A stretch of DNA of 64,000 nucleotides from contig JBGCDS010000009.1 of the NCBI GenBank assembly GCA_045105615.1, positions 19,783-83,782 of the forward strand, read 5' to 3'. The translations under genes were made by a program, and so were the position numbers. Origin of the DNA: Gammaproteobacteria bacterium. GTDB lineage: Bacteria; Pseudomonadota; Gammaproteobacteria; UBA4575. The notes under the pieces are model-generated. The model was not told the origin of the DNA and searched no databases. It saw nothing but the letters and a program-made list of their open reading frames with translations. Position 1 is the stretch's first letter; every line of letters starts with the position of its first letter. Shown in pieces: positions 1 through 10,993 of the stretch.

Positions 1-381
1 GGTGCAAAGCGTGCATTAAAGTTACCTGTATCAGTACCGGCACACTCTAGTTTGATGCAGCCAGCCGCGGAAGAGTTTGCCACTGCGTTAGCTGAGGTTG
101 ATTTTGAGCTGCCTGCGATTGAGATTATTCAAAATGCTACATTGGTTTCTCCGCAAAGCACAGATGAATTAAAATCTGCACTACAAGCACAGTTACATTC
201 GCCTGTGCGTTGGGTGGATACCATCACTGCGATTAAGCAAGCAGGTGCTGAATGCCTAATTGAAATGGGCCCGGGCAAAGTGCTTTCTGGCTTGCATAAA
301 CGTATTGATAAATCGCTTAAGTCAGTATGTGTTTGCGACAACCAATCTCTTGAAACTGCATTAAAGACTATCGAGGAATAA
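1..381 (+). CDS. fabD: Malonyl-CoA:ACP transacylase, 5'-truncated by the window edge
   Basis: Frame 1 is open from base 1 (GAKRALKLPVSVPAHSSLM...). It contains the VSVPAHS, QLHSPVRW and EMGPGKVL motifs and lies directly upstream of fabG. Confidence 0.95.
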   Translation, partial: GAKRALKLPVSVPAHSSLMQPAAEEFATALAEVDFELPAIEIIQNATLVSPQSTDELKSALQAQLHSPVRWVDTITAIKQAGAECLIEMGPGKVLSGLHKRIDKSLKSVCVCDNQSLETALKTIEE

Positions 382-383
382 CA

Positions 384-1124
384 GTGTTAGATAAAAAAGT
401 TACATTAGTTACTGGCGCTAGCCGTGGTATTGGTAAAGGCATCGCCATTGAATTAGGTAAAAATGGCGCGAAAGTGGTCGGCACAGCTACTTCAGAGAAG
501 GGCGCAAATAATATTACTGATTATTTGAAGCAGGAAGGTATAGATGGGGTCGGTATGGTATTGGATGTGTGTAATGTCGAATCCATAGACCAATGTATGT
601 CTGTTATTAATGAGCAATATGGAAATGTTGATATTTTGGTCAATAACGCTGGGATTACTCGGGATACCCTGTTGATGAGAATGAAATTAGAGCAGTGGGA
701 AGAAGTCTATGAAACTAATCTACGTTCAGTATTCTTGTTAAGTAAGGCCTGCTTGCGCGGCATGATGAAAAGCCGAGCTGGGCGGATTATTAATATTTCA
801 TCGGTGGTGGGCTCAACGGGTAATCCAGGGCAGGCTAATTACGCAAGTACAAAAGCTGGAATGGTCGGATTCACTAAATCATTAGCTCGTGAAGTGGCTA
901 ATCGAGGCGTCACTGTCAACTGTGTGGCGCCTGGATTTATTGCTACAGATATGACGAACGAGCTCACTGATGAGCAAAAACAACAGATTTTAACGGGTGT
1001 ACCTATGGGTAAATTGGGCGAAGTTGAGGATATCGCTAAGGCAGTGAAATTCTTGGCATCAGATGATTCTGCCTATGTTACCGGGCAAACTATGCATATA
1101 AATGGTGGTATGTATATGGAATAG
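384..1124 (+). CDS. fabG: 3-oxoacyl-ACP reductase
   Basis: SDR motifs TGASRGIG, NNAGITRD and YASTK; fab operon context; GTG start. Confidence 0.97.
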   Translation: MLDKKVTLVTGASRGIGKGIAIELGKNGAKVVGTATSEKGANNITDYLKQEGIDGVGMVLDVCNVESIDQCMSVINEQYGNVDILVNNAGITRDTLLMRMKLEQWEEVYETNLRSVFLLSKACLRGMMKSRAGRIINISSVVGSTGNPGQANYASTKAGMVGFTKSLAREVANRGVTVNCVAPGFIATDMTNELTDEQKQQILTGVPMGKLGEVEDIAKAVKFLASDDSAYVTGQTMHINGGMYME

Positions 1125-1321
1125 ACGCCAAGCATTTTTTCAAGTATTGAATTAAGTTTATCATTCAAGTGTATGTTTATATTGATAATTATTTTTAAAA
1201 TATACGGCTAAAATTAGCCGAAATATAAACATCATTAATGACTAGATTGCGCATAAACTTTTCACTACAATGGCGGCCCTTCTCCTCCCACACAAATTAT
1301 ATTTTTTGAGGATTTTATTAA

Positions 1322-1555
1322 ATGAGCAATATTGAAGAACGAGTGAAACAAATCGTTGTAGAACAACTTGGCGTAAGTGAAGAAGAAGTTAAAGAAGCAG
1401 CTTCATTTGTTGATGATCTTGGTGCTGATTCTCTAGATACTGTTGAGTTAGTAATGGCATTAGAAGAAGAATTCGAATGCGAGATTCCTGACGAAGAAGC
1501 AGAGAAAATCACTACAGTTAAGCAGGCGATTGATTACGTAAACGCACATAAGTAA
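1322..1555 (+). CDS. acpP: Acyl carrier protein
   Basis: [11 protein letters not shown] phosphopantetheine motif; 77-aa acidic protein; GAGGA RBS upstream. Confidence 0.98.
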   Translation: MSNIEERVKQIVVEQLGVSEEEVKEAASFVDDLGADSLDTVELVMALEEEFECEIPDEEAEKITTVKQAIDYVNAHK

Positions 1556-1612
1556 ACGATTATAATATCTAACGCTATGACAATCCCCCATACTTTATAA
1601 ATATCGCCATCC

Positions 1613-2854
1613 GTGTCTTCTAGAAGAGTAGTTGTAACAGGTCTAGGTATTGTTTCTCCCGTAGGTTCTACGGTGGATACTGCCTGGCAGAATGTATGTG
1701 CTGGCAAAAGCGGCATTTCTAAAATTGATGTGTTTGATGCATCAGATTTTTCTGTGCAAATCTCAGGTGCAGTCCAAGGCTTTAATGCTGATGACTACAT
1801 TCCTAAGAAAGATCAGAAAAAAATGGACCCATTTATCCATTATGGAATTGGTGCAGGTGCGCAAGCAATCAAAGATGCTGGTCTTGAGATCACTGAGGAA
1901 AATGCTGATCGAATCGGTGTTTCAATCGGTTCAGGTATCGGCGGTTTGCCAGGTATTGAAAAAAGCTATGCAAGCTTTATGAAAAGCGGGCCTAAAAGGA
2001 TTTCTCCTTTCTTTGTGCCTTCAAATATCGTCAACATGGTGTCGGGTAATCTGTCAATTATGTACGGATTGCGTGGACCAAACTATTCTCTAGTATCTGC
2101 CTGTGCAACAGGTACCCATAGTATTGGAGATGCAGCACGTCTTATTCAGTATGGCGATGTTGATGTGATGATTGCTGGTGGTGCTGAAATGGCTACATGC
2201 CATCTTGGTATTGGTGGATTCGCTGCGGCAAGAGCACTGTGCTCATCTCATAATGATGATCCAGAAGGGGCGAGTCGTCCTTGGGATAAGAATCGTGATG
2301 GTTTTGTACTTGGAGATGGAGCAGGCGTGCTCGTTCTAGAAGAGTATGAAACGGCAAAAGCTCGTGGGGCAAAGATATATTGTGAGTTGGTTGGTTATGG
2401 AATGAGCAGTGATGCGCATCATATGACACAACCAGCAGCTGGCGGTGTAGGTGCAGCTAAATGTATGAGAAATGCATTTAAAGATGCGGGTATTAATTCT
2501 GAAGATGTGGGTTACGTGAATGCTCACGGTACTTCAACTCCTGCAGGCGATATCGCTGAAACAGATGGGTTAAAAGCCGCTTTAGGTGATCATGCTTATA
2601 AAGTTGCTATTAGCTCAACTAAATCAATGACAGGTCACTTACTGGGTGCAGCGGGTGGAGTAGAAGCCCTGTTTGCAGTAATGGCTCTGCATAAGCAGGT
2701 AGTACCGCCTACCATTAATTACACTACGCCAGATCCTGATTGTGATTTGGATTACGTGCCAAATCAGGCGCGTGATGTATCTATAGATGTCGCTATTTCG
2801 AATTCTTTCGGATTTGGTGGCACTAACGGCACGGTTGCATTCAAGAAAATCTAG
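1613..2854 (+). CDS. fabF: 3-oxoacyl-ACP synthase II
   Basis: [15 protein letters not shown] (catalytic Cys), [16 protein letters not shown] and NSFGFGGTN motifs. Confidence 0.97.
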   Translation: MSSRRVVVTGLGIVSPVGSTVDTAWQNVCAGKSGISKIDVFDASDFSVQISGAVQGFNADDYIPKKDQKKMDPFIHYGIGAGAQAIKDAGLEITEENADRIGVSIGSGIGGLPGIEKSYASFMKSGPKRISPFFVPSNIVNMVSGNLSIMYGLRGPNYSLVSACATGTHSIGDAARLIQYGDVDVMIAGGAEMATCHLGIGGFAAARALCSSHNDDPEGASRPWDKNRDGFVLGDGAGVLVLEEYETAKARGAKIYCELVGYGMSSDAHHMTQPAAGGVGAAKCMRNAFKDAGINSEDVGYVNAHGTSTPAGDIAETDGLKAALGDHAYKVAISSTKSMTGHLLGAAGGVEALFAVMALHKQVVPPTINYTTPDPDCDLDYVPNQARDVSIDVAISNSFGFGGTNGTVAFKKI

Positions 2855-2897
2855 CCGCTTTCAATTCAACACGGCAAATTTACCAATAAGATGAAGT

Positions 2898-2930
2898 ACG
2901 TATTGCAGACATCAATTGTCAGCAATACGT
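2898..2930. repeat. Inverted repeat (14-bp arms, 1 mismatch, 5-nt spacer) between fabF and pabC
   Basis: acgtattgcagaca-tcaat-tgtcagcaatacgt; no U-tract on either side. Confidence 0.7.
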
Positions 2931-2995
2931 CGACTCGCCTGCCTGATTACATTACCATCCTGTATCTATAAAGATATTAAGATAAATTAAAATAG

Positions 2996-3826
2996 GTGCA
3001 ATGTATGTTGGTTAATGGATTACCCAGTGATGTTCTTTCAGTTGCCGATAGAGGTCTTTTATATGGTGACGGTGTGTTTGAAACTATTTTATGTGAGGCG
3101 GGTAGGCCTGTCTTGTTAGCAGGGCATACTCAGCGTTTAGAGAATGGTTGCAAGCGTTTAGGTTTGGTCAAACAAGAACTGCCAACTATATTAGCTGATA
3201 TTCGAGAAGTCGCTAAACAAGATGACTGTGTAGTCAAGGTGATTATCACCCGAGGTGAACGTCAGCGTGGTTACGCTTACGATAATCAAGATAATGTGAG
3301 CACACGAATTGTTTGCCGCGACGATGTGCCAAATATTCCAGTGGATTATTATCGTCAGGGTATTGCGTTAACGAAATGTGAGTACACCCTGCCTGATAAT
3401 AAACGATTAGCGGGTATTAAACATTTGAATCGCCTTGATCAAGTAATGGCTCGCAGTGAGTGGGAAAAGGAATTTCAAGAAGGTGTCATGCTAGCTAACA
3501 ATGGCTGTGTTGTCGAAGGTACGATGACAAATATTTTCATTGAATCAAATCAACAATGGATAACGCCAAAGATAGAAAACTCTGGGATTCTAGGTGTTAT
3601 GCGACAGTGGGTCATGCGTAATAGTTATCACGCGGAAATTGAATGTGTTGAAAAAGATATTCAGTTGTCTGAATTGAAAAATGCACAGGCAATATTTGTA
3701 TGTAATAGCGTCGCGGGTATTTGGCCAGTGACTAAGTTTGAAGGTAAGGATTATCCAATTAGTTCAGCTGTCTCTGCTTTGATGAAAGAAGCTAATTCAA
3801 GCTTGACCAAGCTATATCCTGTCTGA
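2996..3826 (+). CDS. pabC: Aminodeoxychorismate lyase (class IV PLP enzyme)
   Basis: DRGLLYGDGVFET, GIKHLNRL, EGTMTN and GILGVMR motifs; canonical fabF-pabC-mltG order. Confidence 0.92.
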   Translation: MQCMLVNGLPSDVLSVADRGLLYGDGVFETILCEAGRPVLLAGHTQRLENGCKRLGLVKQELPTILADIREVAKQDDCVVKVIITRGERQRGYAYDNQDNVSTRIVCRDDVPNIPVDYYRQGIALTKCEYTLPDNKRLAGIKHLNRLDQVMARSEWEKEFQEGVMLANNGCVVEGTMTNIFIESNQQWITPKIENSGILGVMRQWVMRNSYHAEIECVEKDIQLSELKNAQAIFVCNSVAGIWPVTKFEGKDYPISSAVSALMKEANSSLTKLYPV

Positions 3827-3829
3827 TCT

Positions 3830-4819
3830 ATGTTAAAAGCATTTTCAATTTTATTAATAGTAGCAATTATTGCGGCGAGTGTGTTTGCACATAACATTGA
3901 TCGCTATGTGAATACTCCTATTAGTAATGAAAGTGATGTGGTTGAAATTGCTGTTGACCAAGGTGCTACTTTTAATCAAGTCAGTCAGCGGTTGGTTGAA
4001 GCAGGCTTTATAACATACCCATTGTATTTCAAGCTGCTGGCGATGTATGAAGAGAAAACCCAGAAAATAAAATCGGGTGAATACAAGTTCAGTAAGAAAC
4101 AATCACCTGCGCAGATACTGGATGATCTTGTGCAGGGTAATACTTTGCAATATAAGCTGACTATTATAGAAGGAAAGCGTTTCCAGGATTTTTATCAGCA
4201 ATTGCAAGATCATCCAAAGATTACTCGCGTCATCGATGATGTTGATGATATCAAGGCGCAGTTAAAGATTAAGCAAGATAGCTTAGAAGGTTTGTTCTTT
4301 CCAGATACCTACACCTTCACCGCTGGGACAAAAGACATTGATGTTATTCGTCAGAGTCATAAATTGTTACGCGATTTTCTTGATGAAGAGTGGCCTAGGC
4401 GTAGCGAAGAGTCTTTTGTGTCTAGCCCCTATGAAGCATTAATTTTGGCTTCAATTGTTGAAAAGGAAACGTCTGTAGAATCAGAGCGTCCCGTAATTGC
4501 TGGTGTGTTTATTTCGCGCCTTAATATAAATATGCCGCTACAAACAGATCCTACGGTTATCTATGGTTTGGGTGATTCATTTGATGGCAATATAACGCGT
4601 AAACATTTACGCACTGATAATCCTTACAACACATACACGCGTCGAGGTTTGCCGCCTTCTCCAATTGCGTTAGTAGGTAAGGCTGCGATTCTTGCTGTAT
4701 TGCATCCTGATATTACAGGTGACCTGTACTTTGTTTCAAAAAATGATGGGACACACTATTTTTCGAAAACTTATAAACAACACCTTGCAGCTGTACGCAA
4801 GTATCAATTAAAGAAATAA
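3830..4819 (+). CDS. mltG: Endolytic transglycosylase (YceG family)
   Basis: N-terminal TM; LEGLFFPDTY, LASIVEKET, LQTDPTVIY and YNTY...GLPP motifs. Confidence 0.95.
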   Translation: MLKAFSILLIVAIIAASVFAHNIDRYVNTPISNESDVVEIAVDQGATFNQVSQRLVEAGFITYPLYFKLLAMYEEKTQKIKSGEYKFSKKQSPAQILDDLVQGNTLQYKLTIIEGKRFQDFYQQLQDHPKITRVIDDVDDIKAQLKIKQDSLEGLFFPDTYTFTAGTKDIDVIRQSHKLLRDFLDEEWPRRSEESFVSSPYEALILASIVEKETSVESERPVIAGVFISRLNINMPLQTDPTVIYGLGDSFDGNITRKHLRTDNPYNTYTRRGLPPSPIALVGKAAILAVLHPDITGDLYFVSKNDGTHYFSKTYKQHLAAVRKYQLKK

Positions 4820-4821
4820 TT

Positions 4822-5445
4822 GTGAAAGGGCGGTTTATAACTCTAGAGGGAATTGAGGGTTCAGGCAAAAGTACCCAGTTAAATTTCGTTATTGATTATC
4901 TGCAAAATAATAAAATAGAAGTAGTTAGTACCAGGGAACCTGGTGGAACATTAGTGAGTGAAAAAATTCGTGATGTATTGTTGGATAACGAGTTGCCAGG
5001 TATGCACATGGATACTGAACTATTGCTAATGTTTGCAGCGCGCGTGGAGCATGTAAAAAAAGTCATTGAACCAGCATTAGATTCAGGTAAGTGGGTGGTG
5101 TGCGATCGTTTTTATGATGCTACCTATGCTTATCAAGGTTACGGGCGTGAAATTGACATAAAGCGCATTGACGCGCTTAAAGATTTCTCTATACGGGGGC
5201 TTGCACCAGATTTAACACTGTTATTGGATGTGACTTTAGAAGTGAGCATGGATCGAGTCACTAAGCGCGGGAATAAAGATCGATTTGAACATGAGAAAAT
5301 GGATTTTTATAAAAAGGTTAGAGATGGTTATCTTACTATTGCAAATAACAACCCGGCTAGAGTCGCTGCTATTGATGCGACTGGTTCGATTGAACAGGTG
5401 CAAGCTGCTATTCAAATAAAGCTTGATGAGTTGCTGAATGAATAA
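4822..5445 (+). CDS. tmk: Thymidylate kinase
   Basis: FITLEGIEGSGKST P-loop; REPGGT and CDRF...AYQG motifs. Confidence 0.97.
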   Translation: MKGRFITLEGIEGSGKSTQLNFVIDYLQNNKIEVVSTREPGGTLVSEKIRDVLLDNELPGMHMDTELLLMFAARVEHVKKVIEPALDSGKWVVCDRFYDATYAYQGYGREIDIKRIDALKDFSIRGLAPDLTLLLDVTLEVSMDRVTKRGNKDRFEHEKMDFYKKVRDGYLTIANNNPARVAAIDATGSIEQVQAAIQIKLDELLNE

Positions 5446-6430
5446 TCAATTATATCCATGGCAGCATGAGCAGTGGCATTCATTTGTTCGCATGATTGGT
5501 TCAAATTCTTTGCCGCACGCTATCTTATTAAGTGGTCCTGATGGCGTGGGTAAACATCACTTTGCTAGAAACTTAGTTAATACAATTTTATGTCTACAAG
5601 CCAATAATGATGGTACTGCATGTGGGCAATGCAAACATTGTCTATTGGTAGAAGCTAATACATATCCTGATTTTGTGCGCGTGGTGCCCGAGGAGGATAA
5701 AAACACTATCTCAATTGACGAGATTCGTGAATTAATTATCAAGCTGCATCTGACTCGTCATTTTGACACTAAAAAAGTGGCGCTGATTGAATATGCCGAT
5801 AATATGAATACCAATGCAGCCAATGCATTGTTAAAGACATTGGAAGAGCCGCCAGAAGAGACGATCATTATATTGGTAACAAGTGCGCCGCTAAATTTGC
5901 CGGCTACCATTCGTAGCAGATGTCAATTTGTACCTTTTTATTCGCCTACACAGGCTCAAGCCCTTGATTGGTTAAATAGCACCTCCAAGGATGTGGAATG
6001 GGAGCCATTGCTCAGAGTTGCTCAAGGTGCCCCGCTGCAAGCTATTCAATATCATGAGACTGAGCTGTTGGATCAGAGAATCTCGGTAATACAGGGATTT
6101 CTCGAGCTATTTGAAGCCAATTCCGACCCAATAGAAATTGCTGCAAGAATTGAAGCTATCCCATTCTTGCAATGTTTTCAGTGGATACAGGCAGTTATTG
6201 TCGATTTATTGAGAATAAAAGGTGCTGAAAACCCAATAACGCTCGAAAATCCTGACTTTTATCGGCCATTGCTTGCTTTGGCGCCACGTATGCAAGTACC
6301 TTTACTATTGGAGTTCTGGGAATTAGTGCTAGAACGTAAAAGGATTTTCGATAATAGTCTAAATCGACGCTTATTTGCTGAATCCTTATTGATACGTAGC
6401 CACAAATTAGCGATTAAACACTCAGTGTGA
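5438..6430 (+). CDS. holB: DNA polymerase III delta' subunit
   Basis: YPW start; HAILLSGPDGVGK; CGQCKHC Zn motif; ANALLKTLEEP; TIRSRC. Confidence 0.95.
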   Translation: MNNQLYPWQHEQWHSFVRMIGSNSLPHAILLSGPDGVGKHHFARNLVNTILCLQANNDGTACGQCKHCLLVEANTYPDFVRVVPEEDKNTISIDEIRELIIKLHLTRHFDTKKVALIEYADNMNTNAANALLKTLEEPPEETIIILVTSAPLNLPATIRSRCQFVPFYSPTQAQALDWLNSTSKDVEWEPLLRVAQGAPLQAIQYHETELLDQRISVIQGFLELFEANSDPIEIAARIEAIPFLQCFQWIQAVIVDLLRIKGAENPITLENPDFYRPLLALAPRMQVPLLLEFWELVLERKRIFDNSLNRRLFAESLLIRSHKLAIKHSV

Positions 6431-6466
6431 AATAAAGAAATAAAAAAATAAAAAGAGAATAGACTT

Positions 6467-6811
6467 ATGGCCAATGGTGGAAGAGGAATAATTTCGCTTG
6501 CGATTAAAGATAAAGGCTCGTTATATGCCTCGTATATTCCATTTGTGAAAAATGGTGGTTTATTTATACCCACCAGTAAGAATTTCAATTTGGGCGAAGA
6601 AGTATTTATGTTGCTGACTTTAATGGAAGAGACTGAAAGGATTCCAGTAGCAGGTCAGGTCATATGGATAACACCACAGGGTTCACAAGGGAACAGAACT
6701 ACCGGTGTTGGTGTCCAATTTAGTAGTCAAGATAGCGGCGAAACGCGTACAAAAATTGAAGCACTACTAGGTGGTGCGTTGCAGGCAGATAGACCTACGC
6801 ATACTATGTAA
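6467..6811 (+). CDS. pilZ: Type IV pilus assembly protein PilZ (PA2960-type)
   Basis: LYASYIPFVKNGGLFIPT and C-terminal RPTHTM; typical position after holB. Confidence 0.93.
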   Translation: MANGGRGIISLAIKDKGSLYASYIPFVKNGGLFIPTSKNFNLGEEVFMLLTLMEETERIPVAGQVIWITPQGSQGNRTTGVGVQFSSQDSGETRTKIEALLGGALQADRPTHTM

Positions 6812-6902
6812 CTAGTTTGCCTTAAATTTGTATAGCTTGCTTTCCGTCTGGCTAAAAATATAAAATTTAACTATACAAATCAAATGCAAAATAGACATAG
6901 TA

Positions 6903-9752
6903 ATGAGTCATAAAAACAACCAACATATTTATGGCCTTAATGCTGAATATATTGAATCACTATATAAACAATATAATCAAGACCCAAATTCGGTTAGTCA
7001 ATCTTGGCAACAATATTTTAGCCAGTTAGATATCGATAAAGACATTCAGTTACATGAGTTGCATCAAAATGTAAGAAATGAAATCACTGATGATCTGCGA
7101 AATAGAAACGCGCAAGCATATGTTCCGAATTATTCAAACAGTGAACACCACCATCTAGAGAAACAACGCTCGGTTTTACGTCTAATCCGTGCTTATCGAC
7201 GTCTGGGACATCGCCAAGCAGATATTGATCCGCTGTATGGTGATGATCGCATCCAAATTGATTTACTCAGCCCTGAGTATCACGGCTTAACATCCGCTGA
7301 TTTAGACGAAGAATTTTTTATCTGGGAAAACGATACTGAACATAAGCAATCGCTAAGTTCGATTATTAATCTTATGTCTACGACTTACTGCGGAAGTATA
7401 GGGTCTGAGACAGAGCATATTTCTGATCCTGAGCAGAAACGTTGGTTACGAGAATATTTAGAGTCTAACTATGCGAGCCTAAAATTAACTGCTGATAAAA
7501 AGAAACGCATCCTGAAAAGGTTGATTGAGGCTAATGCTTTAGAAGTTTATTTGCATCGTAAATATATTGGTCAAAAGCGATTCTCATTAGAAGGTGGCAC
7601 AGGATTAATTCCGTTGTTGGACACATTAATACAAAGTGCAGGCGATCATGATATTAGAGAAGCGATTATTGGTATGGCACATCGTGGTCGACTTAATGTC
7701 TTAGTTAATATTATGGGTAAAAATCCTCATGACCTGTTCGAAGAGTTTGAAGGCAATGTTGATTTAGAGTTTGGTTCCGGTGATGTTAAGTATCACAAGG
7801 GTTTTTCAATTGATTTGAAAACTAATAAAAAATCTATTCACACAGTCCTAGCATTTAATCCTTCACACCTGGAGATAATTAATCCGGTAGTGGAAGGTTC
7901 TGTGCGTGCGCGTCAAGAAAGACGCCAAGATAAACATCACAAGCAAGTGATTCCTGTATTAATCCATGGTGATGCAGCATTTGCCGGTCAAGGCGTGGTA
8001 ATGGAAACGCTTAATCTTTCTAGTACAAGAGGCTATACCACCGGTGGTACCGTCCATATTGTTATAAATAATCAAATTGGTTTTACCACCAGCGACCCTT
8101 TAGATTCTCGCTCGACATTATATTGCACTGATGTAGCGAAAATGGTGCAAGCACCAATTCTACATGTTAATGGTGATGATCCAGAGGCGGTAGTATTTGC
8201 AACACAACTCGCGATGGATTATCGCGTGAAGTATGCCTGCGATATTGTCATCGACATGATTTGTTATCGCCGTCATGGACATTCAGAAGCAGATGAGCCG
8301 GCGATTACTCAGCCATTAATGTATCAACGTATTCGTAATAAAGACCGTGTTGATCAGGTGTACTTTAATCAGCTGCTTGAAGAGCGCGTAGTAAGCCAGA
8401 GTGATTATGATGATATTGAAAAAAATTATATCAAAAAACTCAATATTGGGAAGCCAGTTTGTGCCGAAATAGCTAGACGTAGTCGCTCAAAGTACGTGGT
8501 AGATTACAAACCATTTAAAGATGTTCATTGGACACAGCCAGCTAATACAACAATCACAAATGATGTTATTCAACAGCTGGGAGAGGTGCTTACCTCTATT
8601 CCGAAAGATTTTTCTGTACATAAAAATGTTCAAAAAATTATAGATCAGCGTAAGCGCATGACAGCTGGTTCAGTTCCTGTCGATTGGGGTTTCGCTGAGA
8701 TGTTGGCTTACGGTTCATTGCTAGAGCAGGGTTATCCTGTTCGGTTGTCTGGACAAGATAGTGTGCGTGGAACGTTCTCACATCGACATTGCGCGTTTCA
8801 TGATCAGAATAATGGTGATGTATATATTCCATTAAGAAATATATCTAAAAATCAGTCGCAATTTTTACCAATTAATAGTCTGCTGTCAGAAGCAGCAGTG
8901 CTTGGCTATGAAGTAGGTTATGCCACCTCTGAGCCAAATTCGTTAGTGATATGGGAAGCCCAATTTGGTGATTTCGCTAATAACGCACAGGTAATTATCG
9001 ATCAATTCCTCAGTTCATCAGAAGCTAAATGGCAAAGATACTGTGGCTTGGTGTTATTTCTTCCGCATGGATACGATGGTCAAGGACCAGAACATTCATC
9101 TGCGCGAATGGAGCGGTATTTACAGCTATGTGCTGAAGAAAATATGCAAGTATGTATGCCGACGACTCCAGCACAACATTTTCATCTATTGCGGAGACAG
9201 ATGCTCAGGCTCTATAGAAAACCACTTGTAGTGCTAACACCAAAAAGTTTGTTGCGTCATGCGAAGTCGACATCATTGTTAGATGATTTTACTCAGGATG
9301 GCTTTAAACAGATTATTACTACTTATGATGATGCCAATATTGCGAATGTGACTAGGCTGCTGTTGTGTAGCGGTAAAGTGTATTATGACCTGCTGGAGCA
9401 AAAGCATAAAAGTGGATTGGATAATGTAGAAATTATTAGGATAGAACAGTTATATCCATTTCCGAGTGATGAGATAAAAGCACAGTTAACTAAATTTAAA
9501 CATGTATCGGACATTATCTGGGTTCAAGAAGAGCCTAGGAACCAAGGTGCTTGGTTCTATATGCAATCACGTAAGAATTTGTCAGATTGTATTTTTTCTA
9601 ATCAGTCACTACAGTATGCAGGAAGAGATTACTCTGCTTCACCAGCAGCTGGTTATATGCAATTGCATCGTCAGCAGCAAAGTCAGCTGGTAAGTGAAGC
9701 ATTGGGTATTGCTGCTGAATCTAACGATGTTGCACTTAAAAGTGTTAGTTAA
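6903..9752 (+). CDS. sucA: 2-oxoglutarate dehydrogenase E1
   Basis: KRFSLEG, GMAHRGRLN, HGDAAFAGQG (TPP-binding), WEAQFGDF and GQGPEHSS motifs. Confidence 0.96.
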   Translation: MSHKNNQHIYGLNAEYIESLYKQYNQDPNSVSQSWQQYFSQLDIDKDIQLHELHQNVRNEITDDLRNRNAQAYVPNYSNSEHHHLEKQRSVLRLIRAYRRLGHRQADIDPLYGDDRIQIDLLSPEYHGLTSADLDEEFFIWENDTEHKQSLSSIINLMSTTYCGSIGSETEHISDPEQKRWLREYLESNYASLKLTADKKKRILKRLIEANALEVYLHRKYIGQKRFSLEGGTGLIPLLDTLIQSAGDHDIREAIIGMAHRGRLNVLVNIMGKNPHDLFEEFEGNVDLEFGSGDVKYHKGFSIDLKTNKKSIHTVLAFNPSHLEIINPVVEGSVRARQERRQDKHHKQVIPVLIHGDAAFAGQGVVMETLNLSSTRGYTTGGTVHIVINNQIGFTTSDPLDSRSTLYCTDVAKMVQAPILHVNGDDPEAVVFATQLAMDYRVKYACDIVIDMICYRRHGHSEADEPAITQPLMYQRIRNKDRVDQVYFNQLLEERVVSQSDYDDIEKNYIKKLNIGKPVCAEIARRSRSKYVVDYKPFKDVHWTQPANTTITNDVIQQLGEVLTSIPKDFSVHKNVQKIIDQRKRMTAGSVPVDWGFAEMLAYGSLLEQGYPVRLSGQDSVRGTFSHRHCAFHDQNNGDVYIPLRNISKNQSQFLPINSLLSEAAVLGYEVGYATSEPNSLVIWEAQFGDFANNAQVIIDQFLSSSEAKWQRYCGLVLFLPHGYDGQGPEHSSARMERYLQLCAEENMQVCMPTTPAQHFHLLRRQMLRLYRKPLVVLTPKSLLRHAKSTSLLDDFTQDGFKQIITTYDDANIANVTRLLLCSGKVYYDLLEQKHKSGLDNVEIIRIEQLYPFPSDEIKAQLTKFKHVSDIIWVQEEPRNQGAWFYMQSRKNLSDCIFSNQSLQYAGRDYSASPAAGYMQLHRQQQSQLVSEALGIAAESNDVALKSVS

Positions 9753-9776
9753 GATATATTAATCTAAGGAATTACA

Positions 9777-10991
9777 TTGGCTATAGAGATAAAAATACCT
9801 GAGTTTTCTGAATCAATCAGTGAGGGCACCATTAGCACTTGGTTAAAAAAAGTTGGTGATCCGATTGATGAAGGTGAAACGTTAGTCGAAATCGAGACTG
9901 ACAAAGTGGTTCTGGAGATTCCATCGCCAGCGACAGGTGTGCTAGAAAAAATTATCAAGGATGAAAATGAAGTTGTTAATAGTCATGAGGTCATAGGGCA
10001 GTTAACTGAGTCTGCTCAAGTTGAACCTAAAAATAGCAAAGGTGATTCTGATCATGAGGTACCTGCTAAGACAGAAGAAGTGGTTACTAAGAATAATAAA
10101 GATGATTCTGAAGGCTATAAAAAAACTAGTCCTGCGGTTAGAAAAGTCATCGCTGAAAAAAATATTGATATAGAGGATATTCAACCTACAGGAAAAAATA
10201 ACCGTATCACCAAACAGGATGTTTCAGCGGCAAGTTCAAAGCAGCCATCATCTGATGCAGTTAAAGCATCTATAAGTACGTCTAATATTAGTAATGAGAT
10301 TGAGCGTGTTCCTATGAGTAGTCTGAGGAGGAAAATCTCAGACCGATTAGTCTCTGCTCAGCAAGAATATGCCATGTTGACTACCTTTAATGAGGTAAAC
10401 ATGAGTGAAATTCTTTCAATTAGATCAAAGCACAAAGATAAATTTCTTGAGCAACATGGCGTGAAACTCGGATTTATGTCATTTTTTGTATTGGCAGCAA
10501 TAGAAGCTTTAAAAGAATACCCAGTGCTTAATGCATCGATTGATGAGAGTGATATTGTCTATCACCGATACGTAGATGTCGGTATTGCTGTTAGTGCTGA
10601 ACGAGGATTAGTTGTGCCCGTCGTGCGAAATGCTGATACTAAATCTTTGTCCTCGATAGAATTAGAGATAAACCAACTTGCAGTAAAAGCACGCGAGAAT
10701 AAGCTATCCATTGATGAGCTTATTGGTGGAACTTTTACAATTACTAATGGTGGTGTATTTGGATCAATGTTATCCACGCCCATTATAAACCCACCACAAA
10801 GCGCAATTTTGGGGATGCATTCAATAGAAAAGCGGCCCATTGCCAAAGATGATGAAGTGACAATTGCACCTATGATGTATATGGCATTGTCGTATGATCA
10901 CCGCATTATTGATGGTCGAGAAGCTGTACTATTTTTGAGTCATATTAAACGCATTATCGAAGATCCTATTCAACTACTATTACACTTATAA
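9777..10991 (+). CDS. sucB: Dihydrolipoamide succinyltransferase E2
   Basis: Lipoyl motif ETDKV; E3-binding domain; catalytic YDHRIIDG; TTG start with AAGGA RBS. Confidence 0.95.
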   Translation: MAIEIKIPEFSESISEGTISTWLKKVGDPIDEGETLVEIETDKVVLEIPSPATGVLEKIIKDENEVVNSHEVIGQLTESAQVEPKNSKGDSDHEVPAKTEEVVTKNNKDDSEGYKKTSPAVRKVIAEKNIDIEDIQPTGKNNRITKQDVSAASSKQPSSDAVKASISTSNISNEIERVPMSSLRRKISDRLVSAQQEYAMLTTFNEVNMSEILSIRSKHKDKFLEQHGVKLGFMSFFVLAAIEALKEYPVLNASIDESDIVYHRYVDVGIAVSAERGLVVPVVRNADTKSLSSIELEINQLAVKARENKLSIDELIGGTFTITNGGVFGSMLSTPIINPPQSAILGMHSIEKRPIAKDDEVTIAPMMYMALSYDHRIIDGREAVLFLSHIKRIIEDPIQLLLHL

Positions 10992-10993
10992 AC

